Assembly (NCBI GenBank): GCA_965214605.1
Contig: OZ243961.1
Coordinates: 448,001 to 512,000 of the forward strand
Direction of reading: 5' to 3'
DNA from: an uncultured Candidatus Binatia bacterium
Lineage (GTDB): Bacteria; Desulfobacterota; Binatia; Bin18
Length of the DNA stretch: 64,000 bases
A program made the translations under genes and the position numbers. Below, piece after piece: positions 1-10,302 of the stretch. Position 1 is the first letter of the stretch, and the number at the start of each line of letters is the position of its first letter. The notes beneath the pieces were generated by a model that was given only the letters and a program-made list of their open reading frames with translations, searched no databases and was not told where the DNA came from.

Positions 1-852
1 CCGGAGAGTTCCCATTGTCTGCCCCCTGTTTGGTATACGTTGGCCCTATTAGACCAGACGACTCACGCGGGTTCTAGTTGGATGTCGTGTGGGACAGGGA
101 TGCGGGAAGACCTGCAGACAGGGGAAAATACCGGTATCGTTACGACATGACGAACCAAAGAGGAGAGGGCCGTATTTACGATCGAACACATCGTCGGCTA
201 TCAATCGGGCCGTTACCACATCAGAGCGGTCTTTCCCCCTTCACCGGATACTCTCCAGCCGAATAAAGAGAAGAAAGAAGAGCAAGCGTTCGAGGCAGAC
301 GATCTATTCGGGAGCAAAGACCGAATCGGGAATTTGAGCCGGTAATTCCGAGTACTTAAAAAAGACAAGTGTCGCTGACGAAATCGAGAATATCCAGCAC
401 GAGGCTTCCCCATTGGCCGGATGGAGAAGATTGAGGAGGGCTGGGGGGCGTGCTATTTAAGGTGACCAAGTATTTCTCGACGCCGTGGGTCAGCCGCTGA
501 GTGTTGCGTGCGTATCCGAAAGAAGACGCTCATCATGCAGGTCTGTCTCCCGTCTTTCATACTCTCAGAGAGGAAGCACAAAAAGTTGCGAAAGGCTTGA
601 CTTGCCTTCATCAATCATCTCGCGACGGAAGTCTCGCGGTCGCAGGTTGCGCTTCGCTAACCCGACCTCCCCACCGATCGTTTTTTACCGGCTATTTGTG
701 TCACTATGCGTTAATTTTTCGCCTAGAATATAGGCGATAATTCGCTAAAAAGTTTCATTTTTAGCGGATTGACTCGAACCGAGTTCTAGGTGCACGATGA
801 GGGTGGATCCTCGGAGAGCGTCAGACATCCTAAATTCGGGAAGGAGAGATAT

Positions 853-1248
853 ATGGAAACTGCAGTCTTGTGTTCCGGTCTATTAGGTTTGTTGATCTTT
901 GTGCTCGGTTTTCTAGTTTCACTGACACGTGGACAAACGGAAACCGCGGTAGGAAGCAGTCCAGATCCCACGGACCGTTTGTATAAAATGGTCCGGGCAC
1001 ACGCCAATGCCACCGAATACGCACCCATGTTAGCCCTGCTCATGCTCATTGTGATGAGGGGCGAGACACCAGTGGCAGTCTGGGTGACCTGGACCATGAT
1101 CCTCGTCACCGTCTGTCGGTATCTCCACGCGATCGGCATGATCGTTAGTCCGACCTTGGAGAAACCCCATCCACTGCGTGTGGTGGGAGCTCTAGGAACC
1201 TATCTCGGCGGCGTTATTTTGTGCGTTGCGGCGTTTATGGCTGGCTAG
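853..1248 (+). CDS. MAPEG family membrane protein
   Basis: RAHANATEY motif and 3-4 hydrophobic helices; start moved to ATG 853 after RBS AAGGAG. Confidence 0.85.
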   Translation: METAVLCSGLLGLLIFVLGFLVSLTRGQTETAVGSSPDPTDRLYKMVRAHANATEYAPMLALLMLIVMRGETPVAVWVTWTMILVTVCRYLHAIGMIVSPTLEKPHPLRVVGALGTYLGGVILCVAAFMAG

Positions 1249-1341
1249 ACAGACCTCGCTCTCCCCTCCCTATTGTCCACAAGCACCGTATATCAAGTTT
1301 CCTGATCCATATTGGCCCAAACGAACAAGGAGGACTCGCCT

Positions 1342-2439
1342 ATGAACGCTGCCGTATTTTACAAACACAACGCCCCGCTCAGCGTCGAAGATATCCAAAT
1401 AGACGCACCCAAGCGGACCGAGGTTTTGGTCAAAGTCGCCGCCAGCGGTGTCTGCCACAGCGACCTGTCAGTCATGAACGGCAGCATCCCCTTTCCGACG
1501 CCGCCGGCCGTGCTCGGCCATGAAGGGGCCGGCATTGTCGAAGAGGTCGGCTCAGAGGTGACGGTCGTCGAGCCTGGCGATCATGTGATCCTGTCGTGGC
1601 GTCCCTCGTGCGGCCGGTGCGGCTATTGTGTCACGGGCCGGCCGCAGTTGTGTCAAACTAGCAACACCGAACTGTTCCAGGGCTACCTACTAGACGGCAC
1701 CTCACGGCTGCATAAAGGCGATACCGAGATCAAACACTTCACCGGGGTCTCGTCCTTTGCCGAATACGCGGTAGTGCCTGACAGCGGGGTGGTCAAAATT
1801 CGTTCTGACGTACCGCTTGAAGCGGCGGCCTTGGTTGGCTGCGGAGTTATGACCGGGGTCGGGGCGGCCATTAACACGGCCAAGGTTGAGCCCGGCACCA
1901 GCGTGGTTGTCATCGGCTGCGGCGGTGTAGGTCTGAACACGATTCAGGGCGCGCTTCTCGCTGGAGCCGAGAAAATTATTGCCGTTGACCTCAATCCCTT
2001 TAAACTAGAGCTGGCAACTCAGTTCGGAGCGACCCATTGCGTCAATCCCCAAGATGGCGATCCGGTCAGTCAGGTGCTCGACCTAACCGACAGCCTGGGA
2101 GCTGACTATGCGTTTGAGGTTATTGGCCGCTCGGATACCGCGGTCCAGGCGTATAATTCGATTCGGCCCGGCGGCACCGCGGTGATCGTTGGTGTGGCCA
2201 AACCCGACGATATGATGACCATCCCGACTGTCTCATTGTTACAGGAAAAAACCCTCAAAGGCTCTATCTACGGCTCGGCCCGCCCCAGTGTCGATATGCC
2301 CCGTCTGCTTGACCTATACACGAACAAGAAGCTCAAGCTCGACGAGTTGGTCTCACACCGGATCGAGCTCAAAGACATCAACGAGGCATTTGAATGGATG
2401 GAGAGGGGCGAGGTCGCCCGGAGTGTCATTATGTATTAA
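1342..2439 (+). CDS. Zn-dependent alcohol dehydrogenase (MDR, class III-like)
   Basis: GVCHSD, GHEGAG, structural Zn CxxCxxCx7C, GCGGVG; RBS AGGAGG before ATG 1342. Confidence 0.95.
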   Translation: MNAAVFYKHNAPLSVEDIQIDAPKRTEVLVKVAASGVCHSDLSVMNGSIPFPTPPAVLGHEGAGIVEEVGSEVTVVEPGDHVILSWRPSCGRCGYCVTGRPQLCQTSNTELFQGYLLDGTSRLHKGDTEIKHFTGVSSFAEYAVVPDSGVVKIRSDVPLEAAALVGCGVMTGVGAAINTAKVEPGTSVVVIGCGGVGLNTIQGALLAGAEKIIAVDLNPFKLELATQFGATHCVNPQDGDPVSQVLDLTDSLGADYAFEVIGRSDTAVQAYNSIRPGGTAVIVGVAKPDDMMTIPTVSLLQEKTLKGSIYGSARPSVDMPRLLDLYTNKKLKLDELVSHRIELKDINEAFEWMERGEVARSVIMY

Positions 2440-2452
2440 AAGACCACACACC

Positions 2453-3892
2453 ATGGCGCATGCACAATCCACTCCGTCACAAGACCTCGATTCTCCGGTT
2501 CAGCACAAACTGCCCGTCGTTGCTATTGTTGGACGGCCGAACGCTGGAAAATCAACGTTTTTCAACCGGTTGAGTCATGATCGTAAAGCCGTGGTGAACG
2601 CCAGCCCCGGAGTGACCCGGGACCGGAATTTTGTGCGGGCTGCGTGGCGGGACCGACAGTTTGTCTTGGTCGATACCGGCGGTATTGACCCCACCGAGAC
2701 CGAGCGGATTGTCGGCCGCGTTCAGCAACAAACTCAGTTGGCGATTACCGAAGCTGACGCGATCATTTTTCTGTTTGATGGCCGCGAGGGCCTCAACCCG
2801 GCCGATGCCGAGGCCGTAGATCTGTTGCGGCGCAGCCAGAAGCCGGTCTTGTTTGCCGTGAACAAGATTGACAGCCCACAACACACGGCTCACGTGAGCG
2901 ACTTTTCCTCGCTAGGCGTTCATCCCTTATATCCGATTTCGGCCGCCCATGGCCTGGGGATAAGCGACCTTCTTGACGGGCTGACTGAGGACTGGGAGCG
3001 CGCGACATCTCATCTTTTGCAGCAGGCCACGGACACAACCCGCCACACTCATCCTCCCCTCTCAGTTGCTATTATCGGTCGTCCCAACGTTGGAAAATCT
3101 TCTTTACTCAATAGACTCGTTGGCTTTGAGCGCTCGATCGTTGATGCCACCCCCGGCACCACCCGGGACGCCATTGATAGCCTGATCGACTGGCACGGCC
3201 GTCCTATTCGATTAGTCGATACGGCCGGCGTTCGCCGCCGCTCCCGCATTCATGAACAGATCGAACAGGCCAGCGTATTGATCGCCCTCAGAGCTGTTGA
3301 GCGGGCGGAGGTGTGTTTGCTGGTCATAGATGCCGTGCAAGGCATGACTGACCAAGACGCCCGGTTAATTCACTACGCCTGGGACCGGGGTCGGGCGCTA
3401 GCGCTCATTGTTAATAAATGGGATTTAGCTCCGTCCAACCACAAAAATATGACTCGCTATGAGGAGCACCTGCGCCAACAGTTTGCCGTTACTCTGCCCC
3501 TACCAATAGTCTTTGTGTCCGCGCTCACCGGGGCCCGGATCACTGCCCTGCTCCCCCTGATCGAACAGCTTTCCGACGCCCACGCCACGCAACTCCCGAC
3601 CGTCCAATTAAACCGCTACTTGCAAGAATGGACCAAGTTGAACCCACCTCCCACCTATAGGGGCAGAACTCCCCGCTTTTTTTACATCGCTCAAGTGTCG
3701 GTCAAACCGCCGGTCATCGCCATCTATACCAGCGCTCCCCAGGCCGTCCCCAGAGGCTATGGGCGCTATATTGAAAATCAGCTCCGCTCACACTTTGCCC
3801 TGAGCGGTATCCCGCTCAGACTAAGCTTTCGTACTCGGCGCAAAGAACGCAAGACCAGAGCAGGACCAAAAAGAAGAGCCCCAAACGACTAG
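2453..3892 (+). CDS. der: Ribosome biogenesis GTPase Der (EngA)
   Basis: Two G domains (GRPNAGKS/DTGG/NKID and GRPNVGKS/DTAG/NKWD) plus a KH-like C-terminus. Confidence 0.97.
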   Translation: MAHAQSTPSQDLDSPVQHKLPVVAIVGRPNAGKSTFFNRLSHDRKAVVNASPGVTRDRNFVRAAWRDRQFVLVDTGGIDPTETERIVGRVQQQTQLAITEADAIIFLFDGREGLNPADAEAVDLLRRSQKPVLFAVNKIDSPQHTAHVSDFSSLGVHPLYPISAAHGLGISDLLDGLTEDWERATSHLLQQATDTTRHTHPPLSVAIIGRPNVGKSSLLNRLVGFERSIVDATPGTTRDAIDSLIDWHGRPIRLVDTAGVRRRSRIHEQIEQASVLIALRAVERAEVCLLVIDAVQGMTDQDARLIHYAWDRGRALALIVNKWDLAPSNHKNMTRYEEHLRQQFAVTLPLPIVFVSALTGARITALLPLIEQLSDAHATQLPTVQLNRYLQEWTKLNPPPTYRGRTPRFFYIAQVSVKPPVIAIYTSAPQAVPRGYGRYIENQLRSHFALSGIPLRLSFRTRRKERKTRAGPKRRAPND

Positions 3893-3919
3893 CTCGAGTC
3901 TCTCCAGTGTACGGCAGGC

Positions 3920-4207
3920 CTAGTCAATCACAATTCGATCACTCTCAGGAAAAAAGCACGCGTCTTGATAATATAGCCCACCGCGCAAGCGACAGTCTTG
4001 CTCATCGAAGGCTTCGTAACTCGGTTCGTAACATTGTTCCCCGTATGGAAACCCACCCCGTTGCTCACATCGTGCGGTGACGGTAAGCGGTGCTTCCATG
4101 GATTTTTTGAGATATTGCTCAAAATCGCCCCAGCGCTGAGTGGCAGGACCACAGGCGAACAGTGCCAGACTCGTCATCAGCAATACGACCACCGGGGCCC
4201 GTCTCAT
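3920..4207 (-). CDS. Small lipoprotein with two Cys-flanked RGG repeats
   Basis: Signal peptide ending in lipobox LFA-C; two C-x2-RGG-x6-C units. Confidence 0.7.
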   Translation of the reverse strand: MRRAPVVVLLMTSLALFACGPATQRWGDFEQYLKKSMEAPLTVTARCEQRGGFPYGEQCYEPSYEAFDEQDCRLRGGLYYQDACFFPESDRIVID

Positions 4208-4243
4208 CGTCGTTCTCGTCTGTAGGGGTTTTTATCTCAGGCA

Positions 4244-5077
4244 TTAGTGTGGTGCTTCTCGCCGGTCGATAATCTGATTTACCAGGGCGAGGTCGGCCGG
4301 ATTATCGACATCAATCGCGCACTCGGCAAACGGCATCCGGACAACTGCGATTCGAGCCCCAATGACCCGCTCGGCTCGTTGTCGGGCGGCTTCGGCATCG
4401 AGTCTACCCAAGGCCAGCAACACAAAGTTGACAAGCCCAAAGGTGCTCAGCAAGCGCCAGGGACGCTTCCGGAACTGTCCGCTGTGGTGCCAGAACGCGG
4501 CGGCCGCCTCGGCACCAGCGCCGGCGCGTAGGGCAAAAAGGTTTGTGCCACAAAATCGCTCGTCCCTGAGCGGAATAAAGCTGCGCTTTGAATCGGGATA
4601 GGAGGCCCGAAAAAACGACTCGGCCATCACTCCAACAATCACGTCGGCCTCGCTCGTCCGTGCCGCCTGACAAAAGTATTCGAGCATTTCCGTCGTCAAC
4701 AGCGGATGATCGGCCGTGGTCACCAGCAGCAGGTCTCCGGGGGCTAACTGCCTGACGTAGCCAAGGACAGTGGCGCTGGGCGAATTGCCCACAGGCGCAA
4801 ACTGGAGCAGGCCTGCCTTGGCCAGCAGGTGAAGCTCGGCAATAGCGTCGAGACTGTGCGGATCATCGGTGCTGACGACAAACCGCCGCACCCCGTGTAG
4901 AGGCTCAAGACTGCGCAATACCCGCGACAGCATAGGAATGTCCCGGATCGGCACGAGGGCCTTATGACTACAGCCCACCGCCTGAGCCAGCGGCTCACTC
5001 GACCCACGCCGGCCCGCCAGCACGAGGACTGTCAGATCCACCCGAGTTGTTTTCAGTGCGCACCCCTGATCGGACAT
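4244..5077 (-). CDS. MobA-like nucleotidyltransferase (NTP_transf_3)
   Basis: LVLAGRRG...HKALVPI N-terminus, TTADHPLL, C-terminal IDVDNPADL. Confidence 0.85.
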   Translation of the reverse strand: MSDQGCALKTTRVDLTVLVLAGRRGSSEPLAQAVGCSHKALVPIRDIPMLSRVLRSLEPLHGVRRFVVSTDDPHSLDAIAELHLLAKAGLLQFAPVGNSPSATVLGYVRQLAPGDLLLVTTADHPLLTTEMLEYFCQAARTSEADVIVGVMAESFFRASYPDSKRSFIPLRDERFCGTNLFALRAGAGAEAAAAFWHHSGQFRKRPWRLLSTFGLVNFVLLALGRLDAEAARQRAERVIGARIAVVRMPFAECAIDVDNPADLALVNQIIDRREAPH

Positions 5078-5282
5078 ACAGCTATTGTAATCGTCCGCAC
5101 AAATTCAACCAGTCCCCTGCGGCGAAGATGTTGTTGATCTCTTCCTGCAACGGGCAGTGGTCATGAACGATAATCTTTACGATCTGAGGCCGACGCCTTT
5201 TCTGCCTCAAGTCCCAGCTTGACGTTGGATTGACCGCCCCATAGGCTGTGGAGCGCCCCAAGAGAAGCCTAGGGATACGGGC

Positions 5283-6536
5283 ATGCGCATTTGGATTGAC
5301 GCCACAGATCCGCGCAGTCAGCTGTGCGTGTTCGGGATGACCCTCCTCGAACGCCAGCTCCGGGCAATCAGCCAGGCCGCGCTGAATCCGACCGAGGTGT
5401 GTATCGCTGTGCCCCAAGACACAGCTCCCCCCTCCTTACCCCAGCTTGAACGTCTTCCGTTACGCTGGATACAGGCGACCGGCTCGGTTCAAGACCAACT
5501 CGCCACGGCCGTTAGCAAGGCGGATGGCGAAGCGATCATAGCGACCGAGGGGCACGCTATTATCGATACCCGTTTACTGCACTATGTAGCAGACTGTCCG
5601 GGCTCGTACGCGGTCCTAGGTGGTGAGGAGGATGCACGCACCGCCCTGCTCCGACTCGAACACAACGCTCTGACCGAGCCGATGCCCAAGGCCCAACTGC
5701 CAGCTCTGGCTCAGCAGCACCTTACACAGGCCAAGCTCCCAGAGCTGTCCCTGACCGATCTCCCGTCGTATATCCCCAAGCTCCGCCGCGATTTGCCGAT
5801 TTATCTCTTCGGTATCACCGACCCACACAGTCGAGACGCAGCCGAGCGCTTTCTGTTTTGGTCAAACTACAAAGGCTCAACCGATTTTTTTACCAAATAT
5901 GTCTATCCGCCCCTAGTGTGGCTCATGGTTCGCCCCCTAGCCCACTTGCGGGTCCACCCAAATATCGTCACTCTGGTGAGCATCGTTCTGACCCTTACCG
6001 CGATTCCCCTGTTTGGCCTCGGCTACTGGATCACCGGCTTTGTGTTCTCCTATACTATGAGCGTGCTCGACTCGGTCGACGGCAAGCTGGCACGTCTCAC
6101 CTTTCGTTCCTCGCGCCTGGGTGACTGGCTTGATCACGGCCTGGATATTATTCACCCGCCGCTGTGGTATGCGGCCTGGGCGTGGGGGTTAAGCCAGGGA
6201 ATCCCCGGCTCGACGATATTTCAGGCCGCAATATGGATGACCGGGGTGTATATTCTTGATCGTCTAGTGGCCGGAGTGTTCAGCTGGCGACACGGACGCT
6301 CGATTCACGGCTATACCCAACTAGATGAGCGCATGCGTACGTTTATCTCGCGCCGGAATACGAACTTGCCGCTGTTTATGGTTGGCATGCTGCTTGGCAT
6401 TCCAGTGCCTACTTTTTATCTGATTGTGGCCTGGCAAGTAGTCTCCTTCCTCTTCCATATCGACCGGCTGGTTCGCTTCTGGAACGCGCAGCGCGCAGCC
6501 CCGCTGGCCAAACCGGCGATGAAGAATCGCGGCTAA
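5283..6536 (+). CDS. CDP-alcohol phosphotransferase with a degenerate N-terminal NTP-transferase-like domain
   Basis: DSVDGKLAR...GDWLDHGLD signature, HPNIVT motif, TM helices. Confidence 0.9.
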   Translation: MRIWIDATDPRSQLCVFGMTLLERQLRAISQAALNPTEVCIAVPQDTAPPSLPQLERLPLRWIQATGSVQDQLATAVSKADGEAIIATEGHAIIDTRLLHYVADCPGSYAVLGGEEDARTALLRLEHNALTEPMPKAQLPALAQQHLTQAKLPELSLTDLPSYIPKLRRDLPIYLFGITDPHSRDAAERFLFWSNYKGSTDFFTKYVYPPLVWLMVRPLAHLRVHPNIVTLVSIVLTLTAIPLFGLGYWITGFVFSYTMSVLDSVDGKLARLTFRSSRLGDWLDHGLDIIHPPLWYAAWAWGLSQGIPGSTIFQAAIWMTGVYILDRLVAGVFSWRHGRSIHGYTQLDERMRTFISRRNTNLPLFMVGMLLGIPVPTFYLIVAWQVVSFLFHIDRLVRFWNAQRAAPLAKPAMKNRG

Positions 6537-6569
6537 CAGCCTGCAGCTGCACTCTGCTGAAATGCGGCT

Positions 6570-8330
6570 ATGTACCTCTTGCTTGTCTTTGCTCAGGCCT
6601 ATCCTTACCACAGCGCTATTGTTCTCAGCTGTTTGCTCGCCGCTGCCGTCTTTGAAGGGATGAGTTTTTCCAGTCTGCTGCCGTTGCTGACTATTGCGGT
6701 CAAGGGTCAGACCGCCGCCCAGACCAGCGAACCGCTCTCCTGGCTTGAACAGAATGTGAGCAAAGGGTTGGCGGCTTTCGGCCTGCAACCCCATATTGGC
6801 ACGCTGTGTCTGGTCATTGTCGGCGGGCTGGCCCTCAAGGCGGTCTTTATCCTCCTCGCACAGCGACAGGTCGGCTATACCGTTGCCCATGTGGCAACCG
6901 ACCTGCGGCTGTCCCTGCTCCGTTCCCTGCTGGCCGCTCGCTGGGAGTATTACACGCGCCAGCCGGTCGGTGGTTTTGCCAACGCCTTTGCCACCGAAGC
7001 AACCCGTGCGGCTGAGGCGTATCTGTTTGGGACGATGATTGTCTCGCTCGGTATTCAAACCGTGTTGTACGCTGGTCTGGCGTTTGCCGTGTCATGGCAG
7101 GCAACGCTGGCGGCAGCGGGCTTTGGTGTGGTGCTTGTTGCCGTGCTGAGTCGTCTGGTCCGCATGTCACGCCGGGCCGGCGCACGCCAGACCTACCTCC
7201 TCAAAACACTGCTGGGGCGTTTGACCGATATCTTGTCCGCCGTCAAGCCGTTCAAAGCCATGGATCGAGAAACACTCCTGAGTCCCCTGTTGGAAAAAGG
7301 AACCCGGCGCCTGAACAAGGCTCTACGCCGCGAGGTGCTGAGTCGAGAAGCTTTACGCGCTCTGCAAGAGCCGCTGGCTATGGCTGCCCTGGTGACTGGT
7401 CTCTACCTGGCGCTGAGCCGCTGGGCCCTCTCTTTAGACACGCTTGCCGTCCTAGTGGTGCTCTTTGAGCGCATCTTCCGGAGCCTCAACAAGGTCCAAC
7501 GCCAGTATCAACGCCTAGCAGCCCGAGAGAGCGCGTATTGGTCCTTGCGCGAAAGGGTAGACCAGGCCCACACGGAACGAGAAGTCGCTCGGCCGGGATC
7601 GCTAGACACGCCCGTCCCACGGCTAAGCCGGGCGCTTCGCTTTGAGCGGGTCAGCCTCATCTATGACACCCAGCCGATTCTTGACAAGGTGTCTTTTTCT
7701 ATTCCGGCAGGGCGGCTGACAACGCTGGTCGGGCCGTCTGGATCCGGCAAAACTTCAACGATTGATCTCATTGTCGGTCTGAGACGTCCTCAATCGGGCG
7801 CGATCTGGATCGACAATCTCCAACTCGACCAGATCAATCTCCCCGCCTGGCGTCGGGCTGTCGGCTATGTCCCTCAAGAGACCCTGCTGCTGCACGACAG
7901 TGTGTTATTCAACGTTACGCTCGGCGATCCGACTCTGACCCGTTCTGAGGTAGAAGCCGCTCTGCGGGCAGCCGGAGCCTGGGACTTTGTCAGCCGCTTA
8001 GCCGACGGTGTAGACACCCTGGTCGGAGAGCGAGGCAGCCGTCTGTCCGGTGGCCAACGCCAACGTGTCGCCATTGCCCGGGCGCTCGTCCACCAACCCC
8101 AGCTGCTCATTCTGGACGAGGCCACCACCGCTCTTGACCCAGACAGCGAAGCCGCCATCTGTGCGACCGTGCAACATCTACGCGGACATATGACGGTCCT
8201 GGCTATCTCGCACCAGTCCGCCCTCTTAGAAGCGGCGGATAGGGTCTATCACCTAGAAGGGGGCAGGATAGAGCGGCTCCGTCAAGGTCTGGAGCGGCAC
8301 AGTATAGGGCCCCAAGAGGCGGAGGCCTGA
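6570..8330 (+). CDS. ABC exporter, fused TMD and ATPase (MsbA-like lipid flippase)
   Basis: N-terminal TM domain, GPSGSGKT, LSGGQRQR, LILDEAT. Confidence 0.93.
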   Translation: MYLLLVFAQAYPYHSAIVLSCLLAAAVFEGMSFSSLLPLLTIAVKGQTAAQTSEPLSWLEQNVSKGLAAFGLQPHIGTLCLVIVGGLALKAVFILLAQRQVGYTVAHVATDLRLSLLRSLLAARWEYYTRQPVGGFANAFATEATRAAEAYLFGTMIVSLGIQTVLYAGLAFAVSWQATLAAAGFGVVLVAVLSRLVRMSRRAGARQTYLLKTLLGRLTDILSAVKPFKAMDRETLLSPLLEKGTRRLNKALRREVLSREALRALQEPLAMAALVTGLYLALSRWALSLDTLAVLVVLFERIFRSLNKVQRQYQRLAARESAYWSLRERVDQAHTEREVARPGSLDTPVPRLSRALRFERVSLIYDTQPILDKVSFSIPAGRLTTLVGPSGSGKTSTIDLIVGLRRPQSGAIWIDNLQLDQINLPAWRRAVGYVPQETLLLHDSVLFNVTLGDPTLTRSEVEAALRAAGAWDFVSRLADGVDTLVGERGSRLSGGQRQRVAIARALVHQPQLLILDEATTALDPDSEAAICATVQHLRGHMTVLAISHQSALLEAADRVYHLEGGRIERLRQGLERHSIGPQEAEA

Positions 8331-8346
8331 AACTGAAAAAACGCCT

Positions 8347-10302
8347 ATGCACCCGACAAAAACACTGTGGACACTGGCGCGACTTTTTCCGCCGTCGGCC
8401 AACCAGCCCGCTCTACATACTCCTGAACCGATTACGCTGGGAGTACGCCCGGGGGTGACTCCTAGTCCAAAACCTACAGTCTCTCTTTTTGTCGGTACCG
8501 AAGCAGCTCAATATCGGGCTGAACGCGTTTTTGTATGGTCAATAGAACAGGTTCGCGACCCAGGCCGGGTGTATAAAATTTATATCATGAAAAACTTGGC
8601 TGGCTTTGACCGTCGGGGCTGGCTGACCGGCTTTACCAATTATCGTTTTGCCATGCCACACTTCGCCTGCAGTCTGGCCATTCAGCGGGCGATTTATAAC
8701 GATGTGGATCAGGTCTATCTGGCCGATCCGGGCGAGCTGTTTGATACCGATTTAGGGGTACACGGATTTGTGTCGATTTCAGACCGTGACACCTCAGTCA
8801 TGCTGATGGACTGTGCCCGGATGGCTGGAGTCTGGTCGCTTCAGGAAGCCCAACATAAACGCCGCAGGACGATAGAGGCCAAAGCCGCAGCTCTGTGGGG
8901 ACCGCTTGACCTAGCCTGGAACGCACGGGACGAGGAATATCGGCCCGGGCGCTCCAAGGTTTTGCACTACACTACGATCCACGCCCAACCCTGGCAGCCT
9001 TTCCCCGAACGTTACGCCTACCAACGCAACCCGGTTGCCCACGTCTGGTTTGATCTTGAACGGGCAGCTGACCGGGCCGGCTACCACCTACCCGGCGCCC
9101 CACCGCCACCGCTCTCTCCCACAGGGCGCGCTCCTCTCTCGGTCTGGGTGCTGACCGCCGATAAACCTGGCCACGCCACCCAGGCGCTCGGCTTAGCCGA
9201 CGCGCTTGGGTGGCCATATGAAGAGAAAAGACTTGCTTTCACCAGAACGGCCGCGCTCCATAAGCGCCTGTTTGGCGTGCGTGGCGCAACCACCATCGGT
9301 CTAGATCGTACCCGCTCAGACCAACTGGAGGCCCCCTGGCCAGATATCGTGATTACCGCCGGCTGGCGGCCGGCACGGGTGGCACGGTGGATTCGGAATC
9401 ACAGCCAGGGCAAGACACGGCTGGTACTCCTTGGCCGCAAAGGTGGCCACCTCACCAGTCGATCAGATATTGTGGTTAGCTGTGGGCACTTTCGTCAGCC
9501 TCCCCACCCCCGCCGGATTGAAACGATCGCTCCCCTGACCCTGATCACCCGACAGCGTTTAGGGACGGCCGCGGCCGAGTGGCAGGAGATCCTAGCGCCT
9601 GCTCCCCGCCCCCGCATTGCCGTGTTAGTTGGTGGAGCGACCGTCCGTTATCGTTTTGATCCAGACACGGCTCGACAGTTGGGACGGGCGGTACGCGCGT
9701 TTGCCCACGACGTTGGCGCGAGTCTTTTTGTGACAACAAGTCGGCGGACCGGAGCGCAGGCCTGTTATGCCCTGCAACAGGCTCTCGGTCCTGTCCAGCA
9801 CATGCACGTGTGGCAAGCCGGACAGCCAACAAATCCCTATCTGGCCTATCTGAGCCTCGCCGATGCGCTGATTGTCACAGGTGAAAGCGAATCAATGTTG
9901 GCCGAAGCCGCGGCAACTGACAAGCCGCTCTACATCTATCCACTGCCAGAACGTCCGGCCCAGTTCGGGACGTGGCTCAAAGAATGGTTGGTCAGGCGCG
10001 CCCAACAGCCCCGATGGAATAAACGCGGCACGGTTCGTCCTCAGCGTGGCCTGGCGTATGTGTGTGGCCGCCTTATCGAACGCGGTGCGGTTCAGCCCCG
10101 GCGGGATCTGAACGCGCTCCACCAGACCCTTGTACAACACGGCTTTGCCCATTTCTTTGGTGAGCCGCTCAGTCTAGCCTCCCGTCCACGCCTGCAAGAG
10201 TTTGATCAAGTCGCCCGCCAGGTCCACCATCTCTTGAAAGGGGAACAATCAGGGCTGGTCTCCAAGGAAGAGAGCCGCGTTCCCCTTTTGGGAACACCAT
10301 GA
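8347..10302 (+). CDS. Fusion of a GT-A (GT8-like) glycosyltransferase and an ELM1/GtrOC1-family domain
   Basis: N-terminal TGFTNYRF...AIYNDVDQ and LHYT motifs; C-terminal DKPGH, PWPDIVITAG, TTSRRT, NPYLAYL...VTGESESMLAEA. Confidence 0.8.
   Translation: MHPTKTLWTLARLFPPSANQPALHTPEPITLGVRPGVTPSPKPTVSLFVGTEAAQYRAERVFVWSIEQVRDPGRVYKIYIMKNLAGFDRRGWLTGFTNYRFAMPHFACSLAIQRAIYNDVDQVYLADPGELFDTDLGVHGFVSISDRDTSVMLMDCARMAGVWSLQEAQHKRRRTIEAKAAALWGPLDLAWNARDEEYRPGRSKVLHYTTIHAQPWQPFPERYAYQRNPVAHVWFDLERAADRAGYHLPGAPPPPLSPTGRAPLSVWVLTADKPGHATQALGLADALGWPYEEKRLAFTRTAALHKRLFGVRGATTIGLDRTRSDQLEAPWPDIVITAGWRPARVARWIRNHSQGKTRLVLLGRKGGHLTSRSDIVVSCGHFRQPPHPRRIETIAPLTLITRQRLGTAAAEWQEILAPAPRPRIAVLVGGATVRYRFDPDTARQLGRAVRAFAHDVGASLFVTTSRRTGAQACYALQQALGPVQHMHVWQAGQPTNPYLAYLSLADALIVTGESESMLAEAAATDKPLYIYPLPERPAQFGTWLKEWLVRRAQQPRWNKRGTVRPQRGLAYVCGRLIERGAVQPRRDLNALHQTLVQHGFAHFFGEPLSLASRPRLQEFDQVARQVHHLLKGEQSGLVSKEESRVPLLGTP

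Noticed and set aside
1-345. Frame-1 reading interrupted by one TGA at 148-150 (…GIVTT*RTKEERAVFTIEHIVGYQ…), considered as a second UGA read-through
   Set aside because: No redox motif, no convincing hairpin after the TGA and no recognisable family; may be a gene end or remnant but cannot be supported
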